The translations under genes and the position numbers were made by a program. From NCBI GenBank assembly GCA_020137815.1, contig CM035362.1, forward strand, positions 1,364,001 to 1,428,000: 64,000 nucleotides of DNA, read 5' to 3'. The notes beneath the pieces were generated by a model that was given only the letters and a program-made list of their open reading frames with translations, had not been told where the DNA came from and ran no database searches. The first letter of the stretch is position 1; every line of letters starts with the position of its first letter. Shown piece by piece: positions 48,601 through 61,113 of the stretch. The stretch is from Hormiphora californensis. Taxonomy: Eukaryota; Animalia; Ctenophora.

Positions 48601-51600
48601 GTTACTCTTGATAGGGAGAGAACGGGGAGTCACGAGATGACGGTCATCATGACCGATTAGCTCTCCTTGAGCTAATCGGTCCTCTCGTGACTCCCAGTTT
48701 TTAGAGATATAATTTTAGCTCTCTAAGTATCCTGCCGTAACACATAACTTTTTTCTGCTCCATCCTTTTGCTCGGCTAGTGTTTTTACCAGATACTGAAT
48801 TCAGAATCAAGAACGTTTTAATGCAGTTTTTCATCTCTGAATCCCCTGACTTTTAGCGGATACGACATCCAAGAGCAATCAGGAAAATGATTTATGCCAT
48901 ACTCTTTCTCCTCATTTTCTGTCAGATAGGTATATGAGTTATTCATCATTTGACTTTAGTTTGGAATGTTGTTTATACATGTTATAGTCTGTTAGAACGT
49001 ATTTTAGTCATTTTACTATTTCAGATTGTAACCCTCTGCCAGATTCTGGAGTTTTCTCCACTAATCTAGCTCGGACAGAACATGCTGTATTCTCTTCTAG
49101 CTCATTGTGGGATACAACAAACAAACCTCTAACCCATCTTTATGATGGAATAAAGTAGGTCAATTTGATTGATCGATCTTTTAAACTTATTTGTATCTGA
49201 GATCTAGCGTTGCTCTAGCGAGATCTAGCGATGTTCTATAACTAGATCCACTCATGCATCCCGCTAACCACTCATCCCGCTAACCACCCACCCCGCAGAA
49301 CAAGTAATCCTGATAAATGGTGCTCAACACACAAACTAGGAGTCCTATCCTGGTTTATCATTACCCTTGACAAGGACTACTATCTAGAGAAAACTGTCAT
49401 AACAAATAGGGGAAATGAGGGATGGGGTCATGATTCTAGGGCTATTGGTTGTGAGATTCTAGTTGATTCAGTAGCGGTGTACAAGATTCCAAATATCCAA
49501 GTGGAGTACGATATACCAATTGACAAGGTAAGAAATGCGCTCTTGGTCTCCACATTACTATTAAACACCTTTGATCCTTTTACAGATAGGAAAGACGTTC
49601 ACCATTCAAAAGATGGATGAGTTCATCAATCTTTTAGAGATTGAATTGTACGGGACTGATATCTCCTCCACTAATCTAGCTCGACGACACTTATTCTCAC
49701 TACCAGCATCATAATCAGTAGTAGGTGTCACCAACACAACACACGCCCCGCTACACCACCTCAAGTGAGACAACCATAACACTAAAAACCCCCCCCTACA
49801 TACAACCCGACCTTACCCCGAAACCACCACCCGATACCAAACCGCACTTTCCAATCCCCTGATACGGCCCATCAGCCAACTAACCTACTTCTGACATTTA
49901 TCACACTGTATATCACATTTTTTAAGACGTTTTATCATTCACTATCAGATTTAACCCCACCATAATTCTAGTTTCCCCTACCATCCAGACTCGACAAACC
50001 ACTGCTATCCCCTTCCTAACCCCTGACCACACACCACACAACACACCTACCCCCTTAACGACCACCTAAACCACTCCTACACTCGTACACACACCGCTTT
50101 ACACTTAGTCCTCTGAACTACGTTTCTCCGCTCAGCGACACCAGCCGACTTATAACTAGATCCACCCATGCACCCCACTAACCACCCACACCACTAACCA
50201 CCCACCCCGCTAACCACCCACCCCGCACACCACCCACCCCGCTAACCACCCACCCCACTAACCACCCACCCCGCACACCACCCACCCCGCACACCACCCA
50301 CCCCGCTAACCACCCACCCCGCTAACCACCCACCCCGTAGGACAAGTAATCCTGATAAATGGTGCTCAACACACAAACTAGGAGTCCCACACCACTAACC
50401 ACTCACCCCGCTAACCACCCACCCCGCACACCACCCACCCCGCTAACCACCCACCCCGCTAACCACCCACCCCGCACACCACCCACCCCGCTAACCACCC
50501 ACACCACTAACCACCCACACCACTAACCACCCACCCCGCTAACCACCCACCCCGCTAACCACCCACCCCGCACACCACCCAACCACTAACCACCCACCCC
50601 GCTAACCACCCACCCCGCTAACCACCCACACCACTAACCACCCACCCCGCTAACCACCCTACCCCGCTAACCACCCACCCCGCACTAACCACCCACCCCG
50701 CACACCACCCACCCCGCTAACCACCCACCCCGCACACCACCCACCCCGCACACCACCCACCCCGCACTACCACCCACCCCGCTAACCACCCACCCCGCTA
50801 ACCACCCACCCCGCTAACCACCTACCCCGCAGGACAAGTAATCCTGATAAGTGGTGCGCAACTGACAAACTAGGATACCTATCCTGGTTTATCATTACCC
50901 TTGACAAGGACTACTATCTGGAGAAAACTGTCATAACAAATAGGGGGAATGAGGGATGGGATTTTGACTCTAGGGCTATTGGTTGTGAGATTCTAGTTGA
51001 TTCAGTAGCGGTGTACACGATTCCAAATATCCAAGTAGAGTACGATATACCAATTGACAAGGTAGGAAATGCGCTCTTGGTCTCTAAATAACCTCCACAT
51101 TTCAGTGTTACATTACTATTAAACACCTCTCCTTTTACAGATAGGAAAGACGTTTACCATTCAAAAGATGAATGAGTACATTAATCTTTTGGAGATTGAA
51201 TTGTACGGGAAAGATTCTACCAGTAAGTTGGTTTATGGGAAAATCATTGAGGGCACGTTTGTATGTTTTGATAAAATCCATTTGGGCTTGGGTAATTTTT
51301 TTAGTAAACAAAATGGGGTCAATATGATGGCAAATATTGACACCCATTGATTCGGGGGGGGGGGGATACAATGTTTACACTGCTGTCCTCCTCTAACAAT
51401 TCTCATCCAATTAATCAATTACCAATTAACCAATTAACTAATCACTAATTACTACGTACTGGCGAGGAAGAGAGGTCAATGTTATCAATGGATTTGTTGG
51501 CGATTATCGAACCATTCATCAGCTCCGCTGCCCTGCAAATAGAGACACTGTTAAACAAGAGACATGATTATATGAACACTTTTGAATGAATGGTTTTGAG

Positions 51601-54600
51601 TAATTTTAAATTGAATCATTTTTAATGAAACATAACTCATATTATTTTGCTAATTAATAATCAAAGATACTGATTACCTCTTATTAGGTGGTAGTCCTGG
51701 TTCCGCTTTCCGTTTTCTAGCCAGCATTGCTGGGTCCACCAGATAGGACTTGGTACAGATGTAAGTGTGTGCGGAGAGGCACTCCCATACCCACTGAAGG
51801 TTGTTATACTATTAGTTTTGGGGAGTTCGAGTCATTACAATGTTGTCTCACAAAAAAGAAGAAATATTAGTGAGTGCCTAGTAAGCACTGCCTACTACCT
51901 AACAATAACAATTACAGTCGGACCCCGATTTAGTGGCATCCTCGGGGGAAAAAAATCCTGCCACTAAATCGGGGTGCCACTAAATCGGGGAGATCCATAT
52001 TTGGCCCATAAAAACATATTTTATGCCCAAAATGCTATACTAAGACTAAAGACACCTCTAACTGTTATATGCAATATTCATGTATTGATGACATGATCAT
52101 TTCTGATTAGAAATAGAAAACTATAAAATAATGTTTTCAAAAAAATTGTGAAAAATTTTCTAAGTTATACTAGCCCGTCCGATTTGTGTTTCGAATCGGT
52201 GCAGCTTACTGGATGTCCTGTCTAATTAGCGGGTTCGAAACGAACGGGGGGGCCGGCTGAAGTTTTTGAAGTCGACTTCAAAAACTTCAAACAAAAACTT
52301 AAGGTGGAAAACTTCAAAAACTTCAAAAACTCATATCTCCTCAACCGTTGGAGATAGGTATGTTGCTTCATAACTCTTATATAAACTTGCATATTCCGAA
52401 CAAGATACACCCCTTTAAAAATCCTATAGACACTCAGAAACCATCAAAACTGGTCTAGCCCAAAAATAAGTCATGCGCACACACACAATTATGAAAATAT
52501 CCCATTATCCCTCGAATTAGATGAGGTGGAGACTTCATTTTGGCACGTACCCCCACTAACTCGAGGCCGCTGATGATTTTAGTGTCCATAGTTTTTTCAC
52601 TACTCCCTACATAAAAAATTTGCATTTTGTGAAATTGGCAAAAAGGGTGTGGCCCCAAAAAAAAATTTGAAAATTTACATCATAATTTTTACACTTTCTT
52701 AGCATTTTCTAGGCAATTTTTTGAGTTATAGAATGAAAATTAAATTTGTTTTTACAAAAAAATTAAATTTTTTACACCAAATTGTGCCTTGGATTTCATG
52801 GCTAGGAATCATTGTAAATATCCTAATTTGTGGTAGAAAAAGGGCAGACAAGGCCGGATAACTTTGTCACAATATGTATTAAGCATGAAACTAACCTAAA
52901 CAAGTGTAATAAAAGTCACTGATAGCATATAAAAGTAGTTTAGAGTTTTTGAAGTTTTTGAAGTTTTTGAAGTCAACTTCAAAAACTCAAAAAGTAGGGT
53001 GGAAAACTTCAAACTTCAAAAACTTCAGCCGCCCCCCCCCCCCCCCAAACGAACCGATACGTGATACCATGCCAAATCGAGGCACCCTAAGCGGGTGAGG
53101 AAGTATCAAAATTTCAAAATATCTTTTTCTCTCAAAATTTATGGGGAGCGCCGATCAAAGCATTGACAATCGTACTGTAAAATTTTGCAAAAAAAAGTTT
53201 TAAAATTTTTTTGAAAGGTATACCAGCCACGTCCGAATCGTGTTTCGAATCGGTGCATCTTATCGCAATATGTCCTCATCCTGCTGCTAATTAGACGGTT
53301 CGGAACGAATCGAAACGTGATCCCCATCGAATCGAAATTTTGACGCTTGGTGAACTTGTGATTCAATGGCCCCATGGGGATCACGTATCGGTTCGTTCCG
53401 AACCGTCTAATTAGCAGCAGGACATACGATAAGATTCACTGATTCGAAACACGATTCGGACGTGGCAAGTATTCCTTTGAAAAATTTTCAAAAAAATTTC
53501 ACAAAAAAATCAAAAAAATTTTTGGGGGAAAAAAATCGTGCCACTAAATCGGGGTGCCACTAAATCGGGGGCCACTAAATCGGGGTCCGACTGTATAAAG
53601 TGGTCTTGAATTAGTCACCCCTCAGGGTACTTGGCAAAGTGAAATATAAACGAATTGTAATCCTAGTAAATCATCTCTTACCCCATCAGTGACCAATTCA
53701 GCTGTCAGTCCTCCGTCTCTCTTGACCCTCCCAGACACCTTAGCTCGTTCAATAATGGGTAAAAGATCGTAGATGCTCTCCCCGGTGCATTTTACTGAGC
53801 TGATGACAACGTGGGTTATCACGGTTTTACCAACGTCCGCGATACTCGCTACTTCAGCACCTGTAATCAATGGTAACCAAGGTAACGGGATGGTAACCAA
53901 GGTAACGGGATGGTAACCAAGGTAACGGGGTGGTAATAAGTGAGATCAACCACATACCGTATTGTTTACAACAGCATGCCAGTTCGTTGATCTCTCCTTC
54001 ACTATCGAACCCCACTAGAAGTATACTAATCCGATAAAACATGGGGCATACATAGACATGGGACTGCTCCTGGAATAGCTGCACCGCGTCCAACAATCTG
54101 AATCAGGGGGAGGTTTGTGAGTCTCAGTACTAGCCTTAATATATCAGTTATTGTGGTGACTTGGTTTGTACTTCATGATACTGGTGCGAGAGACAAAGTT
54201 GAATTATTGCTCTCAGGCCAATGCTCTGACCACTGTTCTCGTACAATCCATTTGAAAGAAATACTAATAAGGTCAGCTGTCAATGCCCTGACAGAGATAT
54301 TGAGGAGACATGGTTGTGGTATAAAAACCCTAAAAAGAGCAAATGCCTTTATACCTGTCATCTTTCCTGGCGTAGCAGTCTTTGATCCAGTCGGGTTTAA
54401 TTGCCCTACTTTGGCGTCCTAGTGCCAAGTGTGTCTGGAATGAAGGGAATAATATTAGAAGTGCGATGAAACTTTATTGAAAACTGAGCTGAACAACTAG
54501 ATGTCTTGTAAATGTAATGACTCCTGAAGTCCAAGTATCATTTATTTTCGAAACTTATAATCCCGTATTTCCCGTGATTTACCTCATATTTCTCCTGCCC

Positions 54601-57454
54601 CGCTCTCATTGGTATCAGAATTATATCATCGTTATTAGTTGGGTATTTGGACATAACATGTGCCCCCATGAACTTGGCCATACGACACAACCGCGACTGG
54701 AAATAACCAGGGTTACAAACTACCTTCAATTGCAAATAATTGAAAACTAAATTAAACTAATGTATTCACGTATTTCTGCATGTTAGTGTTACAATTGCAT
54801 CGGTATGGATACAAGATCAGTTGTAAAAACTGATAAAACTGAAGCACTGCTTCAGAAGCAGCGGTTAAATAAAAACAAATCAAAAGGTGGGAAAGTGGGC
54901 AGTAAAACCCACATCTCACGTACTAACAACTACCCTTATTGAGTATAGTGCTGTTACTCAACAACTCCTACCCTGAATGATTACAGAAGGGAGGATTTCT
55001 CTGTTTGACAAGGCTAGTAACTAAGTCGCCTACATACCGCACCCAAAGAGCTACTTATAACTCAACAGAGGAGGAGGGATTATAATAGCTCTCCTCCCTT
55101 GTTCTAGGGAGCTCGAGACATTCCAAACATACCAAGAGTTCCCTGTCGCCAAAATGGGAGAAGCACAGGGAGAGACCCCTCATTGACATATTGTAAAGTT
55201 TGTGTCCCTTTATCGATGCCAAGCCCTGGAAGTGAGAGAATGATAGGAGTTTGTTAAGGGGGGTAGGAGGAGGATTGTGGAATAATGCCTGACTGAAGAT
55301 CTTAGCCTTTTTTTCCCCCTAGACGTCAAGTTATGTTTGAAGCGTTTTTATTAAGAAATAAGGGTAGTTACTTGTTTGTGTGACCAGTATAATAATAAAA
55401 CGGGATGATAACTGATAAATGTTTCAGTACTCACAATGTCGTGCTGCACACAGTACTCAATAACCGGTGGTCCTCTGAACCTGGTGGGAAACAGATAAGT
55501 ACCAAATTAGTGGAACCCAATCATTAGATCATTAACATGCAAAATAAAACATGCATGTGAGGAGACCCATATTTTCATTTCAAAGCGAGGGAGCGGGGTT
55601 TGTTGGGGGCCTCTGCGCGTCATATCGCGCCACCAACTCTCTCTACCGTGATCCGCGCGTTACAAACATAACACGACGGTGAAATTCAGAACAAGTGAAT
55701 GAGGCTGGTACATCGACTGAGTGTGATACTTGCAGACAACAAATATAACAAGGGACGGATGAATAGGGGCGACCAGGAAACGAACATAGACACAAATAAC
55801 AACGAGATCTTACTTGAGTTTTATCTCCTTGCTAAGATGTGAGATTGTATCAAAATCTCGGGTAATGTAGTAATTTTGGGCAGTTGAAGAACGTTCCTCA
55901 TCTTGAAGCCGGGAATAGAAGTGGAAAATGTCAGTACACGGGGGCTCCTCGTGGCAGACATAGATGTAGGGTGTAGATGTCTGGTAGGGGGGAAAAGGAG
56001 GTAAGAGCGTTGTCGAGGGTAACAACTTGGTATTGAATACTGAAATTCGTCTGCTTTGTGCCTTTGTGCCCCAAAACAAAAATATTTCACATTATTCACT
56101 AAACTAGTAAACCCGTTCGCCCTACGGGCGAATTTCTGGGAAATGGTAGCTGGATTAGGGAATACTGACATCACCAGTCGAACTGTTGACATGCACCGTA
56201 AAAGGAGCTCAGGTGGGATCGCTGCGAGTTTTAAAACTCCTCGCGTTTCATCTGTTTGCAGTATTCATCTGGGATTGATCACCGGTTCTGTCTAACCTCC
56301 AACGTCTTTTTCGTTGTCTCTGCACTTCTCAGTTCTCTTGGTGTTGCTGTATTTAAACCCCTCAGTGTATGGAAAAGTAGAGAATGGCGGTGAGATCTCC
56401 AATTGTCGCTTTCGTAATCGTATATCAACGGTTGTTGAAGAGAGCATAATATAGCTGGAACAGTGACACAAAAACAACGCAAGAACAGCTGCACGTGCAG
56501 CTGCAGTACATTAGTAACAATCCTTGGCAACGGCTCCCACCCCTGGCCCAACTCCAGCTATAGTACTCCACCTCTAAACCTGCACGTGCAAAATGCCATA
56601 TTTGGTTAAAAAAACGGGACATGGGATTTCCCTATTTGCTTTAATAATCATACTACTTACTATTCAAATTGTCAGTGCTACATCACCTAGCAACTACACC
56701 TGCACGTGCAATTATTAGAGCAACTTAGAAACCTCACTCCCAGTTGCAGTTTTGGGTACTAAGGGGAAATTCAATTCTGCACGTGCATTCTTTTACTTTT
56801 GTCCTGATGTCTAACTCTTCAACCCCAAGCGCTATTCGGCAACAGTCATCTGGGTCCGGAAGATCTGCTGCTGTCAGAGAGCAGGCTAGAGAATATGACA
56901 GATTACGCCAACGTGTTCAAGCGAGCCAATCAACGACTACGGATAGCTTTACCCAACGTCGCCCAAGGGTGATTACTCCAGTCGAATATAGAAATCTCCG
57001 AATCGGCTACATAGCGGCCAAGTTTTCACGCGATGAATTTCTGGAACAGCACTGCACCTCCATGACATTGATCTCTTAAATTCGCACCTTGACATTGTCA
57101 GGAATCCCAGAGCGTACAACAACATGGGTAGGGAGAAAGTGAGAGATAGGCTAGGAACGGATGGTGCAGGTGATGTCAGCGTTCCCTAATCCAGCTACCA
57201 TTTCCCCGAAATTCGCCCGTAGGGCGAACGGGCCTACTAGTACATAGTATGATTAATATTATGATTCGGTTTTCAGCTCAAAAATAAGACGAAAGACTGA
57301 GTATCTTAAACGTAATTTAGAAAATCTTCCTTAAATCTCAAAAATCAAAAAATAGGGTAGTAGCTGATATGATTTTTGCGACAGACACCCTCCCCCCCCC
57401 TCAGCTAGGTCAGGGATGTAGCGTGTGTAGGTACATACTGTCGTAAACATGCAT
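33643..57454 (-). CDS. ECT2: ECT2/pebble-like RhoGEF (BRCT repeats, DH, PH)
   Basis: BRCT exons FRGPPVIEYC (55480-55435), LYNMSMRGLSLCFSHF (55225-55133), RLCRMAKFMGA (54696-54583), KPDWIKDCY (54434-54355), WVWECL (51793-51678). DH exons KRDMIISEFIRTEESYVEHL (37800-37717), LRDLMIEPVQRLPRMILLL, HPDY; last exon ends at 33643. First exon 57454-57439 is tentative. Confidence 0.85.
35349..35991. mobile_element. Palindromic MITE with about 300-bp arms and TA TSD (mariner-like)
   Basis: TA|ctgggtgttcattttggatctttacaagcgttgg ... ccaacgcttgtaaagatccaaaatgaacaccctg|TA. Confidence 0.9.
37881..38920 (+). mobile_element. Non-autonomous Helitron
   Basis: A|TCatactattattaaagc start; ttcgcccgtagggcgagcgggcttaCTAG|T end; additional internal GC hairpin near 38615-38645. 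Confidence 0.85.
40347..48116 (+). CDS. Secreted protein: signal peptide + about 340 VVDPDP repeats + two F-type-lectin/F5-8C-like domains; nested antisense in the ECT2 intron
   Basis: Exons 40347-40389 (MIYTILFLLIFCRT), 40474-46851 (enters and leaves the repeat in the VVDPDP frame), 46963-47191, 47260-47438, 47610-47838, 47928 onward. Domain TNLAR...SSSLWD..HLYDG..WCST..WFIITLD..VITNR..R..INLLEIELYG; several 1-bp indels inside the repeat; C-terminus uncertain. Confidence 0.8.
40539..46720 (+). repeat. 18-bp tandem repeat (gttgatcctgatcctgtg)n, about 6.2 kb
   Basis: Seen directly; homogeneous centre, variant-rich flanks. Confidence 0.99.
48887..49683 (+). CDS. Tandem paralog: signal peptide + F-type-lectin-like domain, no VVDPDP repeat
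   Basis: Exons 48887-48929 (MIYAILFLLIFCQI), 49025-49154 (DCNPLPDSGVFSTNLAR...), 49299-49527, 49586 onward; upstream region duplicates about 38960-40470; sequence garbled after about 49685. Confidence 0.75.
50160..50830. repeat. C-rich about 16-bp minisatellite (ccgctaaccacccacc) upstream of a splice acceptor
   Basis: Same motif in 1-2 copies before acceptors at 46962, 47609 and 49298; contains a partial exon copy at 50341-50387. Confidence 0.9.
50833..51350 (+). CDS. Fourth F-type-lectin-like domain (3' exons of paralog 2 or of a third paralog)
   Basis: Exons 50833-51061 and 51141 onward; WCATDKLGYLSW...NRGNEGWDFDSR...YINLLEIELYG. Confidence 0.7.
51915..53593. mobile_element. Longer CAGTCGGACCCCG-family TIR element with TA TSD, carrying a nested insertion
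   Basis: TA|cagtcggaccccgatttagtggc ... gccactaaatcggggtccgactg|TA; internal palindrome shared with 58866-59479. Confidence 0.88.
52246..53046. mobile_element. G-run-terminated TIR element with 8-bp TSD AAACGAAC
   Basis: aaacgaac|gggggggccggctgaagtttttgaag ... cttcaaaaacttcagccgcccc|aaacgaac; 9-bp subterminal repeats. Confidence 0.8.
56104..57252 (-). mobile_element. Helitron interrupted near its 5' end by a second Helitron
   Basis: CTAG end with hairpin at 56104-56131; 5' motif (tcatact...ttattaaagcaaatagggaaat, as at 37881) is split around 56648-57240. Confidence 0.75.
56648..57240 (+). mobile_element. Non-autonomous Helitron (copy of 14447-15054)
   Basis: A|TCatactacttac ... ttcgcccgtagggcgaacgggcctaCTAG|T. 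Confidence 0.9.
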
Positions 57455-57786
57455 TGTAGATTACTGCATTATAGATTACTTGTCATAAGCTTGGTATTGG
57501 GTAACCGACATAATTCTAAAAACTTCTAAAACCTCTAAAACCCCTAAAAACTTCTAAACATTTCTAAAAGTTTCCAAAATAAAATTTCCATTTTCCAAAA
57601 AGTGGGTATCATGATCAATGCACATTTTTAGGGTTGACAGACAGACCGACATACAGACAGACTGCAGACTACAGACTGCATCTCAACAAGACCATTAGCA
57701 ATAGCTATAAGGCACTCCAAAAAAGTGAGAGACATGGCGAAGATTATTGAAGATAAAAAGTTAAAAAAACACGTGGATAGTGTGTG

Positions 57787-58330
<544 letters not shown>

Positions 58331-58496
58331 CCTCCCATCCCTCCTCCCCCCCTCCTCTAGGCAAAGTTAGTGTTCGTTAAACAAGCTCTAGCTCTTGCTC
58401 TTTGAGGTACGAATTAATTTACATCTCTATCTCTAAGCACTTCTTTTTGTAGCTTGTAAGATTGGAGCTTCACGAAGAATAGTTTGCGGGGCTATT

Positions 58497-60049
58497 ATGG
58501 CAAGAAGAAGGAGTATCATTGCTATCGTTTTCATTGCATCAGGTAAAATTCAATAAATACCACACATTCTTTGAATACGGATTTCTGTACATAACTTTTT
58601 CAGTATTTACCGCTGCTTCATTGAGAGAATCGGTAAATCTAGCTTTGGAAAATGCAACGTTATTTAATAGTAGTTCAACTTACGACGCAGAAAATCCCAT
58701 ATCTTATCTACACGATGGAAATACGTGAGTATAGCCTTATAAAATAATAAAAAAATGCTTTTAATAACGATTTTAATTTAGACTACATGTAACATTAAAT
58801 AAATTAATGAAGCACTGTCTAGATAAATTAATATCCTTTCTCGTTTCTTCCTATCTCTAGTACTACAGTCGGACCCCGATTTAACGGCCCCCGATTTAGC
58901 GGCACCCCGATTTAACGGCAGGATAAATTTCCCCCAAAAATTTTTTGAACATTTTTTTTTGAAAATTTTTTGAATTTTTTTTCAAAGGTATATCAACCAC
59001 GTCCGAATCGTGTTACGAATCGATGCATCTTATTGCATGTCTTGCCGGTAATTAGACGGTTCAAAACGAACAGATATGTGATCCCCATGGGGCCATCGAA
59101 TCGCAAGTTTATCAAGCGTCAAAATTGCGATTCGATGGGGATCACGTATCGGTTCGTTTCGAACCGTCTAATTAGCGACAGGATGTGCGATAAGATGCAC
59201 TGATTCGAAAAACGATTCGGACGTGGTCGATATACCTTAGAAAATTTTTCATAACTTTTTTTAAATATTTTTAAAATTATTTTCTTTTTCTAATCAGAAA
59301 TGATCATATAAACAATACATGGACATTGCATTTAACACTTAAAGGTGTTTTAGTACAGCATTTTGGACAAAAATAGGGGTTTATTTGCCAAATATGCTCT
59401 ACGCCGATTTAACGGACACCCCGATTTAACGGACAAAACCCTTTCCCCCCGAGGGTGCCGTTAAATCGGGGCCCGACTGTACATAGTAACAATACTTTCT
59501 TAGTACGCCCACTGGTTCTCACTGGTTCTCAACAAATAAGACAGCTCTATCCTGGATTTCTGTTACCCTCGCCAAGCCCTATCTGATTGAAAGAGTTATG
59601 ATCTACAACCGGATGGATAACGGTTGCCCAGATCGGGCTATTGGTTGTGATATCTACATGGATGGGGTGAACTGGCATCACATTTCAGATCGACGGACGG
59701 TTTATAGCATCTCGGTTAACAAGGTAAGTAATCTACCATTTTGGTAAAATACAGATTGTTTGTCTAGATCATGTCGGATTCTATTTCGCAAAGGAAAGGA
59801 TTTATTGATATGATTGTGTGTTATCTTCAGGTCGTCCAAGAGATTAAGATTCAGAAAATGAAGGAGTACATCAACCTGGTTGAAATAGAAATACACAGCA
59901 AAGCAACAAGTAATTATCAGGGTTGTTGTGTTTTGGTTTTGGCCATAGAATCCTATAGAGTATAATTATACTGGTGAGGGGGTATACATGCACTTTTTAA
60001 TTTCTCTAAATAATACTGTTGTAATTTGTTATCAGATGCTAATTGTTAA
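58497..60049 (+). CDS. Secreted single-domain F-type-lectin-like protein, divergent paralog of the nested genes
   Basis: Exons 58497-58542, 58604-58724, 59504-59723, 59831-59909, 60036-60049; VNLA...SSTYD..YLHDGNT..HWFST..WISVTL..VMIYNRMDNGCPDRAIGC..YINLVEIEIH; intron positions match the nested copies. Confidence 0.8.
58866..59479. mobile_element. CAGTCGGACCCCG-family MITE, TA TSD
   Basis: Ends match 10969-11140; internal long palindrome. Confidence 0.9.
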
Positions 60050-60147
60050 GGGAGCAATTTGTATCTGATTTAGGATATAATATCCTTGTACAATATCATA
60101 AGTTATTGTACAAGTAATGGTTGTTTAAAATCAAAACACTTCAACAT

Positions 60148-60916
60148 TGTAAAATTTTGAGATATAATATAATTCTTTAGGTAGCACTGCTTGTACAACT
60201 TATAACACTGCCCAGTGTTATAAGTTTTCACTTATAACACCCCCCAGTGTTATAAGTTTTCACTTATAACACCCCCAGTGATACATGAAAACTTATAACA
60301 CTGCTGCACTTCGAACTCCATACTCCACTGTTTCTGTCACACTTAAAAACCGTTGGAAAGATAAGCGTGTACGAACTCTCTCCCTCTCACTCTTTCTTCT
60401 CTCACACTGTCAAGCCGTTGCAGCACCGAGATCAAGATAACAGTTACGAACTCCCGGACCCACGTCCCACACATTCTTTATCTCTCTCACTCTCACTAAT
60501 CTCTCACTCTCTTTACCTATCTCAGGCGTTATCTTATCTTATACTGATATCTCTATTCTCTGCCTGCTACCATATCATGAATTCGCTCTATTGTTACGCC
60601 CTAAAGTGTCTCTCACTCTTGTTTTTTTTACAATGCAATTTTATTATGCATATTTTCGTTGTACCTGACGTCAACAATAATGTCCCAGATTCTTACACTT
60701 TTAGACCTCGCAGGCTCGGTCAAAAAGTAAAACTACATCACTCGCAGGCTCGTGAGGTAGTTACACTTAGTGGCACTCGCAGGCTCGTGCACTAAAGTAC
60801 AAGAATCTGCCTCGACCTGTGGTCTCGGATCATTATTGTTGCACTTATAACACTCGACCTTCGGTCTCGTGTTATAAGTTTTCAGGTACAACTTATAGGC
60901 ATAATAAAATCCTACA
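60148..60916. mobile_element. Second copy of the 760-bp hairpin-rich element
   Basis: Matches 23480-24235. Confidence 0.8.
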
Positions 60917-61113
60917 ATATATTGGTGTGAAGTAGGGACACACATGCAGAGTACTACTCTACCGGTAGTAGTCTGCTCCAACAAGTTTTGTTGTTTTATT
61001 TGTTTTATTTGTTTTATTGTTTATTTTTATTCATAGCGTGACTAATTCTATATAACTGCCATAAAAGCGGCGACCCCTCCATGAGAGGTTCTTTGATTGA
61101 TTGATTGATTGTT

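Noticed and set aside
54770-54830. Possible extra ECT2 exon
   Set aside because: Neighbouring exons 55133 and 54696 already join in phase and give a continuous BRCT match
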